From Octopus sinensis (lineage: Eukaryota): a stretch of DNA of 64,000 bases. The translations under genes were made by a program, and so were the position numbers. Below, piece by piece: positions 13,527 through 28,001 of the stretch (its first letter is position 1; each line of letters begins with the position of its first letter). The stretch is from contig NC_043014.1 of NCBI RefSeq assembly GCF_006345805.1, positions 21,390,001 to 21,454,000 of the forward strand, written 5' to 3'. The notes under the pieces were generated by a model. That model was not told where the DNA came from, did not search any database, and worked only from the letters and a program-made list of their open reading frames with translations.

Positions 13527-13867
13527 ATCTACAGGATCATGCTCAAAGTGGTTTCGTCACTCGCGCGTACCATCTTTGCTACATTCACCTACCTTTTTTT
13601 GAAACTTTCATGAGACACAGCTTCCTTCTCTACTCTCACCTTTTTTTCATGTCGAAACGAAAAGTTCTAGATTGTATTGTCCCCTCTATGTTCGGCCCTG
13701 CGTTGCTAATAAAGAAATCTATATGTGGATTGGTATGTATAAACAAAAGAATTTGAGTGTACATATTTCTGTATCAGTGTGTTAGTTTATTTATGTTTGT
13801 ATATGTAAATCTATGTACGCCTGTATTATATCCGTAAATATCCAAGTATATTAATTATCTTCTATTG

Positions 13868-14248
13868 AGGGGACAAACAAGGACAGACAAAGGGATTATG
13901 TCGATTACATCGACCCCAGGTGCGTAACTGGTACTTAATTTATCGACCCCGAAAGGATGAAAGGCAAAGTCGACCTCGGCAGAATTTGAACTTAGAACGT
14001 AACGTCAGACGAAATACCTATTTCTTTACTACTCACAAGTGCTAAATACAGAGAGGACAAACAAGGACAGACAAACGGATTAAGTCGATTATATCGACCC
14101 CAGGTGCATAACTGGTACTTAATTTATCGACCCCGAAAGGATGAAAGGCAAAGTCGACCTCGGCAGAATTTAAACTCAGAACGTAGCGGCAGACGAAATA
14201 CGGCTACGCATTTCGCCCGACGTGCTAACGTTTCTACCAGCTCGCCGT
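13868..14248 (-). mobile_element. Tandem (dimeric) SINE family A
   Basis: Two consecutive aactggtacttaatttatcgaccccgaaaggatgaaaggcaaagtcgacctcggc units joined by a linker also present at 17701-18101. Confidence 0.9.
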
Positions 14249-14842
14249 TGTATATCAATTATTGTCTCCCATACGTTACTACAAATTACACCAGCTCATT
14301 TTTGGTTCGTTTTTCCTTTCTATGAAAACATACTCAACAATGATATACACGACCACAATATAAACAACTATTTCGACATACACTAACAAAAAAAAACCCT
14401 TCTTGTATACCTAATGACTCTATTTCTGATTATATATAAGTTTATAACGTAAGTAATCCCCTCGTTTTATACCTTTTTACTCGTATAGTATTTATCTCTA
14501 AATCTTAAAAATATATCAAGCGGTTCCTAAATATTAATTACAACATATAACACTTATTTTTGTCTATGAATATTTATCCTATTATTTACAATAAATACTT
14601 AAATTATAAATTTTATTAACTAGAAATTATTATCTAATACTATGACTAACTACTAATCTTTCAAAAAAAATATCTGAGGTCGAAAGGAGAATTGACGGTC
14701 AATTAACCCTTACATGACCAACATCTCCAAAAGAAAATTTTCAAATAAAAGCTAACCAGAGGTAGAAAAACCAAAGATAAATCTGTATGTAATAACCTTT
14801 CCAGTTTTGGAACGAGTAGAGGAATTATGAGAGGAGGAGGAG

Positions 14843-14985
14843 GAGTCGATTGTATCGACCTCAGTGCTCAACTGGTGGTTTATTTTGTCAACCCCGAAAG
14901 GATAAAAGACAAAGTCGACCTCGGCGACATTTGAACTCAGAGACGAGAGAAACACCGCTAAGCATTTTGGCCATCGCGGTAACAA
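14843..14985 (-). mobile_element. SINE family A (decayed)
   Basis: ccccgaaaggataaaagacaaagtcgacctcggcgacatttgaactcaga. Confidence 0.8.
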
Positions 14986-15037
14986 TTAAGCCAGCCTGCC
15001 GCCTAAATCTGTAATATCGATTCCATGGGTTGAAGCT

Positions 15038-15251
15038 GCGAGCTGGCAGAACCATTAACATTTCAGGCAAAATGCTTAGCGGCATTTCGTCCGTCTTTAC
15101 GTTCTGAGTTCAAATTCCGCCGAGGTCGGCTTTACCTTTCATCCTTTCGAGGGTCGATAAAATAAGTACCAGTTTGACACTATGGGTTGATGTAATCGAC
15201 TTAGCCCCTTCCCTGAAATTGCCGGCCTTGTGCCAAAATTTGAAATTAATA
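15038..15251 (+). mobile_element. Near full-length SINE family A
   Basis: gcgagctggcagaacc...cgttctgagttcaaattccgccgaggtcg...gtgccaaaatttgaaa; head-to-head with the copy at 14843-14985. Confidence 0.92.
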
Positions 15252-15553
15252 TCGATCCTTTGACAGGAACAAGGTGATATAGGGGAGATAAGTCACACTT
15301 AAGTCTGCTGGTTGTAGATCTAAGAAAAGAAATACCGACAGATAAATACTAAGTTGAAATACTTATTCTATCGGTCTTTATTTATATAGTCATGCTGCAA
15401 TAAATTTCATGGAAATAAAATAGTTACGAAGCTAGATACAGACATCTTGTTAAGTTACAACATAACACAGCACATACAGAAACATGTATACCTTTCTCTG
15501 TACGTGCGGGTGGAGCGTGTGTGTTTGAGTGCATGTATGTGTGTGTGTATATA

Positions 15554-16575
15554 CAGAGTGTTCAGGATAAATTTGACGATTTTTATATCTCCCTTTTTCA
15601 GGAAAAGCCTGATGTATTGGTGAACGGTCAACGGCGTTGGAGTGCATAAAGATTAAAGTTGTAGTTGACAAAACAATTAAGTGAATATTGGAAAATAGTT
15701 ACCTGTCTCGTGATGATTCATGCCGGGTATCAAAATGCGGACATCATGACTGCTGTTCTGTGCTCTGGACATACTGTAAGGGCTGTAAGACGTGACATAG
15801 ACAGCTGCAATGGAGACCTCGAAGAGACATAGCAGGAGCCCTGACTGCGTCCGCACGTCGGAATTCATCCAATAACTACAGGACAAAGTAATGGAAAATC
15901 CAAGGAAGCGAATCTAGGCTTTGGAAAGGGAGATGGGTGCTGGAGTCACCACCATGAAACTGACCCTGATTGAGAACCTTCACTACAACTCGTACAAGAT
16001 GCGCAAGGAAAAATTCCGAAAGCCAAGGTCAAGGAAAACCGCTTGGCAAAAAAACTCCTGGATAAGTTAAGGCATCCTGTTGAGGTGGGGAAGAACTGGT
16101 TCTTCTCAGATGAAAAGAACTTCTGCCAGGACCACTGCACAGCACCCAGAACAACAGGTGACTTTTCTACAACACATGTGCTGTCCAACGTATCATTTAA
16201 ACCATGTTCTCCCAAACTGCGATGGTCTTTGGGTGTAGATCCACTGAGGGTGGCGTCAAATCACTCCACACTTTCGAACAGGGCTTTAGGCTCAATTCAG
16301 ACGACTATGGGAAGCTGTTGGAGACTGCTGTCAAACATTGACTGGAGAGGGTTGCTGCTGGAAGGTCACGTGTGGGACGGCAGGATTCGGCTCCTTGTCA
16401 TACCTCCGGAAAGAATCAGATGTAGTTGTCGGTGAATCTCTACCACTTCGCTTGCCCCGATTTCTGGCCTCCTAATTCCTTCGATTGTTATCCCATGGAT
16501 TCTTATGAAAGACGCCAACCACACTGCTTGCAACATCAAGGCCGAACTGATGGCCAAGGTGTTCAAAGACCTATG
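15554..16575 (+). mobile_element. maT-type (IS630-Tc1-mariner, DD37D-like) transposon remnant
   Basis: Starts TA|CAGAGTGTTCAGGATAAATT. Broken frames give KKLLDKLRHP...WFFSDEKNFCQD (first D) and QDSAPCHTSGK...FWPPNSFDC (second D region). No right TIR seen. Confidence 0.85.
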
Positions 16576-16927
16576 AGGTAGGCATCGTTGTATGTGAGTA
16601 TGTAGTGTTTAAAAGGCCGCCGTTTATAGAATGTTAATCATTGCCACCACCACCTCCTAAAAGGATATGATGGTGGCGACGGTGATTAACATTCTGCAAA
16701 CGGTTCTATTGGGCCTGCTAGAGAAAATAATGTAGACCATTTCAGCCGTTTTCTTGTTAATTGCTCCTCTCATTGAAGCACACTAATTACAACAGCTTCT
16801 GTTAATGTGTTAGTTGGGTATTAATTAAACAGATTATTAATCATCATCATCATCTTCTTCCTCGTCATAATCATCATCATCATCATCTTCATCATTATCA
16901 TCATCCTCATCCTCATCATCATCATCA

Positions 16928-16984
<57 letters not shown>

Positions 16985-17700
16985 CGTTTCGCTCTGATGT
17001 AGTCTCTGTGTGATCAATTAAGGAAAGCTTTGTTGAGTAATTAAAGCACGATCTGAATCTAGTTATAACAAGTTATTAGTAAATTAATTATCATGGTTAT
17101 TGTGCTTGTTTAGTAATCAATTCCTATTACAATTTGCTTTGTTGACGTTATAAACATACTGTGTTAAGGAACAAACATTGCAGATTATTGTGTTAACAAA
17201 GTTGACTTGCAAACAGTATTTAATAAACAATCAATTTAAATGTCGTGAGAACATACGGTAGCTAAGCGGTGAAATGGCAGAGTCGTTAGAGTGACGGACA
17301 GAATGACTTGCGATATTTGTTATGGCTCTCTAAACAATAAGTTCAAATACTGCAGTGGTTAACTACTTTTCATCCATTCGAGGTTGATAAATAAAGTATC
17401 AGCACTGCGTTAACAGTTATTTGTCTATTTCTATATTCATTCGTCCAACCATTTCCTCCGTTCACTATTCCTGGAAAGGTCTTGAGAGTAGGGCTGTCAG
17501 GCATCTCCTCCATTGGGTCCTACCAGAAGAAACCATCATTGCACTTTGTGACTGAAATTTAAAGCGTGGCCGACTAACTCTGTGGATATTACCCGACCAT
17601 CTCGTTCTTGGTTTACCCTTAGGTCTTCTGACGGTTCGCTCGGCTTGAAGAATCCTAACTTGGCTTGACGAATCCTCTCAGCAATTCATTTAGTAACCAT

Positions 17701-18101
17701 TATTCTTTTCTACTCTAGGCACCAGACCCGAATTTTGGGGGGAAGAGAGCCAGTTGATTAGATCGGCCCCAGTACGCAGCAGGTACTTAATTTATCGACC
17801 CCGAAAGGATGAAAGGCAAAGACTACCTCGGCGGAATTTGAACCCAGAACGTAAAGACAGACGAAATACCTATTTCGTTACTACCCAAAAGGGACTAAAC
17901 GCAGAAGGGACAAACAAGGACAGACAAACGGATTAAGTCGATTATATCGATCCCAGTGCGTAACTGGTACTTATTTAATCGACCCCGAAAGGATGAAAGG
18001 CAAAGTCGACCTCGGCGGAATTTGAACTCAGAACGTAGCGGCAGACGAAATACGGCTACGCATTTCGCCCGGTGTGCTAACTTTTCTGCCAGCTCGCCGC
18101 C
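17701..18101 (-). mobile_element. Tandem (dimeric) SINE family A
   Basis: Same two-unit structure and linker (gacgaaatacctatttc.ttactac...ggacaaacaaggacagacaaacggattaagtcgattatatcga) as 13868-14248. Confidence 0.92.
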
Positions 18102-18222
18102 TCATTTAGCAATCATTATTTAAACAATTATATAAAGAATATTGTTTGTTTTCTCTTGAAACGAATAATCCTAACCGAGATTATACTCAAATTAATCAAC
18201 GATATTCTTTTTATATGAACAT

Positions 18223-18565
18223 AGGCGAAGCCGTGGCTGTGTGGGCAGAAGTTTGCTTCTCAACCACATGGTTGCGGGTTCAGTTCCACTGCATGGTACC
18301 TTGAGCAAGTGTCTTATACTATAGCTGCAGGTCGACCAAAGCCTTGTGAGTGAATTTGATAGTCGAAAACAGAAAGAAGCCCGTCGTGTGTGTGTGTGTG
18401 TTTGTGTGTGTGTGTTTTCATATATGTGTTCGTCCCCTACCACCGCTTGACAACCGGTGTTGGTGTGTTTACCTACCCCTAATTTTAGCAATTCGGCAAA
18501 AGAGCTCGATAAAATAAGTACCAGTGCCACAGCATGGCCGCAATCTAATGACAAAAACAAGGAAA
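18223..18565 (+). mobile_element. tRNA-derived SINE family B with internal (TG)n
   Basis: gtggctgtgtgg...aaccacatggttgcgggttcagttccactgc...ccaaagccttgtgagtg...gaagcccgtcg-(TG)n-cttgacaaccgg...gcatggccgca. Confidence 0.9.
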
Positions 18566-19575
18566 ACAAAAAAATAAAAAAGATAGTGAACAATTATACC
18601 AATTGTTCATTTGTTAAACATTTAGATTATAGTCTTTATTCCGTAAAGATAAAAAAAAACCCAGATTAATAAGGAACTGGTATATTAATAGGATTTTATA
18701 TCAATACTGTAGTAGAGTATAGTATTGAAATATAAAAAATCATTTTAGCCAACATCATGATATACAGGAACTTTGAAGAGGTGTGAACTAAAAGGAGCCT
18801 CCAATCCAAGAGATAAGAGATGGATGGAGACCCTAGGCGTGAAGTTTTGCATATAGCTTTGACAGAAGTTTAGCATATAGGCTTTGCAGATGTCTAAAAC
18901 AACAACATTATTTTCACCGAACTTCCTTCCCTAAAGCGACAGCCCGATGGTGATTGCCTTAAGAGAGTAGGTTTCCAGTGAACCTGAATCTGCATAAACC
19001 ATGCTTGTCATTGACAAGATGGTGGAGAATGCCCTTGTTAATGGTTGTCTCCATCACCTTAGAAATGGCAGAAGTGAGAGAAACAGGGTGATAGTTGGTT
19101 GGGTCGAAGAATTTGCCTTTCTTTGGAATGGAACACACTAAGGAGCGCTTCCAAATGTCAGAGTATATCCACGTATGTATGTATGTATGTATGTATGTAT
19201 GTATGTATGTATGTATGTACGTAATAACTTGTCCTGTAATTTTCCAGGATTATGATCTTAAGAATACTATCAGTTGCCGGATGTTTTTCTAATCCGTATT
19301 TCGAGCAATTCATGACAAGATACGCCGTCGATAAAACAGTTGCTCCCGCAAAGCAAATTAAATAGAATTTGGGATTTGGGTCAAAATTGGTAACAGCGAA
19401 AACAAACAAGAAGGGTTGCTAAGCCTAAACGAGGTGAAGTGGCGAACTCGAAGGAACAAACATGGACAAAGGACAGGCAAGAATGCGTCTGATTCCTGCA
19501 GCTGAATAAGAAAGAAAGAGAGGAAGGAAGAAAGAAAAAAGATGACCGATTGTGTGTGTGTGTGTGTATGTGTGT

Positions 19576-19627
<52 letters not shown>

Positions 19628-20128
19628 TGATTCATTTCAACATTTAAATTTAATTTGTCAAAATATTTTCGTCGCTTTAAGACCGCGACCTGTTCACTGA
19701 CAAAGCTGCGTGCAGCATCTGAGAAAGTAACAGTTAGTTCATGCTATATATGTACGTATGTATGCGTATGTGTGTGTGTATGTATGTATGTATGTATGTA
19801 TGTATGTATGTATGTATGTATGTATGTATGTATGTATGTATGCATGTATGTATGTATGTATGTATTATGTACGTATGTATGTATGTGCGTATGCATATGT
19901 TTACATGCGTATGCATGTGTGCATGCTTATACGCATGTGTGTATGTAGGTATTATGTACTTATGTATGTACGTGAGTATTTAGATAAGTGTGTAAACGTC
20001 TCTGTGTGTCTGTATGTACACACATACAGACTCGTCTACACACCTGAATACTCACGTACGTACGTACATACGTACATACATACATACATACATACATACA
20101 TACATACATACATACATACATACATACA

Positions 20129-20159
<31 letters not shown>

Positions 20160-22425
20160 CTACGTGGATATACTCTGACACTTGGAAGCACTCCTCTGTG
20201 TGTTCCATTCCAAGGAAAGGCAAATTTTTCGATTAAAAAACATGGTGAGAATAGGTGCAAGTTCAAGAATGAAGACCATCTGCTCAGTTTTTTTGCCGAG
20301 AATTTTGTTACAATTTTCAGAGATAAATTCCTTCCAGCAGTAATGTTACCATAAGTCCAGCTCTTAGAAATGCAATGGTTATGACAAACAGTAGAGGAAC
20401 TAATAACAAAGATGTTATTCAACCTGCAACAGCATTAACAAAAAAGTGACTGTGCAAAAAGTATGTTCGAACCAACAGCAACTGGCATCTGTTGAAGAAG
20501 TTTTCAAGAAATAATCTTACCTACTAATCAATAGGCACTCTTGAGGGTCAAGAAGAAATATTTCAGAATTCTAAAGTACATATCTTCAGATTTCAGTATG
20601 CATGACACCGAGTCGCCATTAGTGCGGCAACGAAATGTAGATAAAACACAGTGTCAACAGTTTTCAGTTCGGTTCAGATCTGAATTAGCAACAAGCTGTG
20701 AAAGATGCTGCGTGTGAGTAAATTGCGGCCTTATACAATGATACAAGATAAATGATTAAGAAACTTGAGCCGTATGTTACTGAGGCTGCTATTTGCATCG
20801 TGTGCATCAAATGCGAGAAAACAATTAGAACTAAAATCCAATCACACCAAGAGTTATACTCTTTTGACTAAGGAGACTTCAGTTTCCAGAATACTTAAGT
20901 TTTGCTACGTCGATCTATAAATCTCAACTCTAAAAATTAACAGATACTGGACAGCATCTTGAAGAATACTGCTTTTCAATTTTATGTATTTCGCTCAAGT
21001 TTTGGAATCCATCATAATCTCCATTTTTATATCTCTGATGGTAAAAGTAAAAACAACGAGGGTTCCGAATTGCAGATATATTCAGAACTACCAATACTAT
21101 GATGGGTTCAGTTAAACTACGGTAGTAGCTGAATAATATTCTTACGGCCGCAATTTACTCACACAACATCTTTCAGAGCTTGTTGCTAATTCAGTTCTTA
21201 ACCAAATTGAAAACTATCAACACTTTTCAAAAGGACTGGTCCCTAGCTATATTTTGGCATAAAAAATTTGAGATTTGATCCAGTAGAAAAATGTTTACAT
21301 TAAAATTTGTAGCAACGTTATAGGAGTGTAAGTAATGCCACCAATCAAGTTTACATCTAAATAACTTTTTTTTTATTTTAAAAGCAAAATATATTTATCT
21401 GAGCTTCAATGAGAGAAGAAAGCATGAAGAATTCCATAGTTTTGTTCCCATACAACAAAAGTGTGTATCAAAAAAGTTGTGAGGCAAAATATCATGAAAA
21501 AAAAATAAGGCAAAAAATTGGATTTAAATATAATTAACTTTTATATTTTAAAAACAAACAATATTTTAATTAAGCTTAAATGATAGAGCTCAATTCAAGG
21601 AAGTTCATGGTATTAATCTCATGCAATGAAGTTTTAAAAGAAAACAGTTATGAGTGTTTGTTTCTCAAATTTGAGAGTGATAATATAGTTCTATACTATT
21701 TTATGAATATAATTCTATAAGGGGACTTTTAATATATGTCACCAGCATCATTGAGGTAACGAAAAAATTATCAGCGATACCGCTAAATGACACATTTGAC
21801 ACATTATTAATTAGCTTAAAAGCGTAGCCCGGGGAAAATATGGATTACATGAAAAATGCGAGCAAAATAGATAGTATTCTTAAAATCATAAACCTGAAAA
21901 ATTACAGGACAAGTTATTTCACTTGGAAAAGTTCAGAGCAACTTATTACATCTGGTATTGTAAAGAACAAGGAAAGTTTTACTTAAAATATTGCAGCTAA
22001 GGATAAAATTTGAACATTAAAAATTATTTGATTTAAATTTACAACGTAACATTATAATTAAAAAAGGTGCCATCATTTTTGTTAAAATATTGACACACTA
22101 GAATACTTAAAAAATTAGAGCCAGAAGTAGCAGTATAACTAAAGCTATTTTGCTAATTATTAATTGATATAACTGATAATTAATTAATAATTTAAAAAAT
22201 TATTTTTTTTAAGTGCAAAAAATATTTTAATGGAGTTATTTTTTGTATTTTTAACAAAAATAACAAGTAATAACAAAATGCTCGCATTTTTCCATGTAAT
22301 GTGTAAATGTAATATGTGACAGTTATTCAGTAACCATGATAAAATCCGAGTTTCGGTTGCCGAGGTGGAAATCCACGCCGACATCTCTTATCCGGCCATC
22401 GGAAAAAATGCTATGAAAAATGATC

Positions 22426-23639
<1,214 letters not shown>

Positions 23640-23674
23640 ATATGCAGATATATATATATACATATATATACATA

Positions 23675-24240
23675 TAAGTAAATAAATGGAGTTGAACGAA
23701 GATGTTATTAAAATTCTTTTACTTTCGACATATGTTTCGAAGACAACATTGGTTTTATTCCAAAGGAATAAACGGTATAAAATGCAATCTTCTCATCAGG
23801 AAAGAAAGAGAGCCTATCTCAACAATAAGACATTATAACAATTACGATGACTGCCTAAATGATAAACAGAATGTTATTAAGTGTTTTAAAAAAACCGTTA
23901 GTAGATTTGACGTCAAAGGCAGATACTAGGAAGAGAAAGGTTAAAGAAATAATAAGTAAAGAACTAATAAAGAGGGATGCGTTGGTTGAAAAAATGTTCA
24001 AAGGCTTACAAGTAGATTTCTCTATGGAAATAAAGTGCAAGTTAAACTAACTGTTTAAACTAATTTTAATAACATCTTCGTTCAGCTCCATTTATTTACT
24101 TATACTACACAAATTACTACACATTAACCCGGAGTTTCTACCTTTGAATAGGTCGCTTCATCCGTGTTACTTGCGTGAATTTTGCTACCCTGGTAACTGT
24201 TATTGAATTTTCCATGTTAACGGTAAACATTCATTCATCC
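23675..24240. mobile_element. Non-autonomous PLE-type element with inverted pseudo-LTR (family H1)
   Basis: Inverted repeat taagtaaataaatggagttgaacgaagatgttattaaaatt (~23675-23714) versus aattttaataacatcttcgttcagctccatttatttactta (~24062-24102); contains a hammerhead; homologous to 29878-30605; flanked by (TA)n. Confidence 0.7.
23722..23804 (-). ncRNA. Predicted type I hammerhead ribozyme (canonical CUGAUGA core, extended stem II)
   Basis: Minus strand: CTTTC-CTGATGA-GAAG[insert with ttattcc/ggaataa hairpin]CTTC-GAAAC-ATAT-GTC-GAAAG. Stems I, II, III and the GUC triplet are all present. Confidence 0.85.
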
Positions 24241-24252
24241 ATATATATATAC

Positions 24253-24330
<78 letters not shown>

Positions 24331-24364
24331 TATATATTATATATATATATATATATATATGTAG

Positions 24365-24395
<31 letters not shown>

Positions 24396-24398
24396 CAT

Positions 24399-24777
24399 GC
24401 AAATAATAAAATGGAGAGGATACAAAACAACACATCACCCCGTAGACATTCCAGTGTGTCTATTTATTCCAAAGCATTAGAAAGTATTAGAAGAAAACAT
24501 ACACATGTAGCAACTGTGTGTTACACACTCATGTATTAATATTACAAAAAAGAGCAAACGATCAGTTCCTTACGGCCGTTTCTGCCAAGAGGCAACGAAA
24601 TCCTCTTGGCAGAAACGGCCGTATGAAACTGATCTTTTCTGAAATATTAATATATGTGTGTATAACACATAGTTACTACATTCTTCTAATACTATCTAAG
24701 ACTTTGGAATAAATAGACACACTGGAATGTCTACGGGATGATGTGTTGTTTTGTATCCTCTCCATTTTCTTATTTGC
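24399..24777. repeat. ~380-bp imperfect palindrome with perfect 22-bp central stem
   Basis: Outer arms gcaaataa.aaaatggagaggatacaaaacaacacatca are mirrored at 24777; central stem 24571-24592 pairs with 24602-24623 around a 9-nt loop. Confidence 0.92.
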
Positions 24778-25059
24778 CGTATAAATTAAGGATAAACCAC
24801 TTTTACCCCCCGCCCATATATGACACTCAGATGCGAGACTGCCACGCAATAATCAGCATTTGACTATGAATAATTGGGTACACTACCAGCAGTATATTGG
24901 ATAGGCACTATCCCCTGGTTGGTTTCCCAGCCTCTAACTCTCACAGAAATATATGTGTGTGTGTCTGTATGTATGTATGGAAGTATGTATGTACATATGT
25001 ACGTTTGTATGTATATACATACATACATATATATTATATATATATATATATAATAACAT

Positions 25060-25300
25060 AAATAATATATAAACATATGCATATATACATACATATATGT
25101 ACATACCTACATCTATATGTATATATACATGCATATATGGTACAGGACACCAAAAAAACGTTGAACACAATGAGAAACGAAAACATAAAAACAAAAACAT
25201 AGAAACGAATTTTTTTCAAACAACGAAAAAACAGAGTACAAGACATACAACATAAGGAATATTCCCCTTCTTCAGTTGTCCCTGTTTCATCTACTCTGCA
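25060..25300 (-). mobile_element. Solo copy of the pseudo-LTR-like repeat seen at 46388-46569, 48340-48600 and 49090-49370
   Basis: aaaacgttgaacacaatgagaaacgaaaac...gagtacaagacatacaacataaggaatattccccttcttcagttgtccctgtttc is shared by all copies. Confidence 0.85.
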
Positions 25301-26321
25301 TTTTGAAGGTATACATATATATATATACACATATATATATATACATACATATATATATACATATATGCATATATTTAACATAATACATGCATATATGTAT
25401 ACACGCACGCACATACAGATACCCATACATACATACATACATACATACACACACATACATACATATATACGTAAATATATACATACATACATACATACAT
25501 ATATTCATACATACATACTAGATTGAAGTCATTATTTAACACTAGTTTAAGAATAAGAAATTGAACATTTACTAATGGAGAAAATCAACGGAAATCAGCA
25601 GTAAGACAGATTCAAGTTTATCATAAAATTCATGCTGATTGAGACTTAAGTTTCGTTTGAAGGTTTATTCAACCGTTTGACTAAGATGCCAGATGAGTGT
25701 GCGTGTGTGTGTGTGTGTGTGTGCGTGTGTGTGTGTGTACGTGTGTGTGTGAGTGTGTGTGTTTGTGTCTGTGTGTCTGTGTCTGCGTCTGTGTGTTTGT
25801 GTGTGTGAGTGTGTGTGTGTGTGTGTGGTTTTGTGAGTGTGTGTATCTCCATGGCTTGCATGCATACAGTCGTGATGAATCGCTACAAACACAGCTTCCC
25901 ATGTTAATACGATCATTGAATCAACGACCAGGTTTTTTATTGGACACCATATTTTCGACAATAATTTACCCAGTCCTGGGGATTAAATCCCCGGGTATCC
26001 CAGCAAAAGGACATCAGCGGTGTCCGACAGATAGCTTGTTAGATTACAGAGGTCTGTGTTAGAACCCACATTAAATGTTTAACAAGGCTACCATTATGAC
26101 AATTTGATAGAAGTTTGATTAGGAAAAAGCTCCACACGAACATAAGCTGGTGCTTCCATAATTGTTGGGTGGTTCATTAGCGACACTTTTGGTTTGCCAC
26201 ATTTTTAATTAACATGCGGGGCAATGAGATATTTAATAATCACTCACTTTCTTCTTTTTCCACAAATACATAATACGTATGTATACATGTATGTATGAAT
26301 GTGTATATAAGTGTGTGTATG

Positions 26322-26374
<53 letters not shown>

Positions 26375-27279
26375 TACATACACACCACTCGCATATACAC
26401 ACACATATACAAACACACACACACATACAAACACGCACACATATAATCATGGGAGAAGGTCTTGCTTGTGTTTTGCCATTTAATATACCAGAAACAAATA
26501 CGTATCTACATATCTCGTTATTAGATAGATGTTATATATCATTATATTATTTATATTATATTGTATTGTATTTATTATATCATATTATTGTTGGTTTTTA
26601 TTCATTTCGGCTACATATGCGTCTATAAGTGCACGGACACGCATACACATACACACATACATTACAATAACAACGACGACGACGATGATACTGGTGGTGG
26701 TGGTGGTGGTGGTGGTGGTGTTGTTGTTGTTGGTGGTGGTGGTGGTTCTCTTCCTTCACCCATCTGTGGTTGACACCACTTCCGTTCCCATCTCTTCCGC
26801 CCTCTTCTCCTCCCCTTCCTCTTCTTTTTCTAAATGTGACACAATGACAGACACTGAGACCCTAACAAGCTGAAGGCTGCAACCCGCATCTCTATCCACA
26901 GAAGAACACCATCTTTCGCACACACACACACACGCACACACATTCGATATTCTGGTTATTGTTGTTCTTGCTGATGCTGCTATTGTTGTTGCTGCTTAGC
27001 TGCACATTAACCCTCACCAAATAAAACCTATTATCAAAGCCGCTCCGGCCATGGCCATCCCGTCTTTTTTTCTTTTTTCTTACATCAGGGTTTACAACAG
27101 ACGAGTCAACCTCATTATCCGACGTAGCCTTCATATTTAACAGAATAGGCTGATTTGAAGGCAAGGTTTGCCTGCTACCTCTAGCTAGTCGCACGACCAC
27201 CTAGCACCTCATTTATTGACTGGTTATTATTGTAGTTGTTGTTGTCGTTGTTACTGTTGCTGTTAATCGTGTTGTTATT

Positions 27280-27450
27280 ATTCTTTTACTTGTTTCAGTC
27301 ATTTTGACTGTGGCCATGCTAGAGCACCGCCTTTTAGTCGAAGAAATCGACCCTAGGACTTATTCTTTGTAAGCCTAGTACTTTTGCCGAACCGGCATCG
27401 GTTGTCAAGCAATGTTGGGGGGGGGGGGGGGGACAAACACAGGCACAAAC
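27280..27450 (-). mobile_element. SINE family B 3' part
   Basis: cttttacttgtttcagtcattttgactgtggccatgctagagcaccgcc...ggttgtcaagcaatg. Confidence 0.88.
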
Positions 27451-27484
27451 ATATACGCACACATACATACATACATACATATAT

Positions 27485-27606
<122 letters not shown>

Positions 27607-27639
27607 TCCAACAAGAAAGCACAAAAAAAAACACAACAA

Positions 27640-27792
27640 CGCGAGGACGTGGAACAATATAGTATTATTGGACGCTCAGGAAAGGAGGGTTTAACGTTTC
27701 GAGCGGAGCTCTTCGTCGGAAACATAGGAGAAGGAAAGATCCAAAGAAGGAAGACAGAGGAAAAAAAATCGCCAACGGTACACACGAGGCCA
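27640..27792 (-). mobile_element. Short hammerhead-bearing PLE pseudo-LTR fragment in (TA)n
   Basis: ~150-bp non-microsatellite island between TA runs, carrying the hammerhead at 27689-27723. Confidence 0.6.
27689..27723 (-). ncRNA. Predicted minimal type I hammerhead (core CCGACGA, U4C variant)
   Basis: Minus strand: GTTT-CCGACGA-A-GAGC-TCC-GCTC-GAAAC-GTT-AAAC; palindromic stem III AACGTT. Confidence 0.7.
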
Positions 27793-27823
27793 TATATATA
27801 TACATAATACATATATATATAGA

Positions 27824-27879
<56 letters not shown>

Positions 27880-27959
27880 TATGTATAGTATATATGTATT
27901 ATGTATATATTATATATATATATATATCTATATATATCATATAAGATATATATATGTAT

Positions 27960-28001
<42 letters not shown>

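Noticed and set aside
14290-14740. Very AT-rich block with gaggtcgaaaggagaattgacgg, suggestive of an rRNA or mitochondrial insertion
   Set aside because: Only a short motif resemblance; no tRNA or mitochondrial ORF is recognisable.
22340-22400. Possible hammerhead (minus strand GGATAAG...GAAACTCGGA)
   Set aside because: The core and NUH triplet do not fit and there is no stem I.
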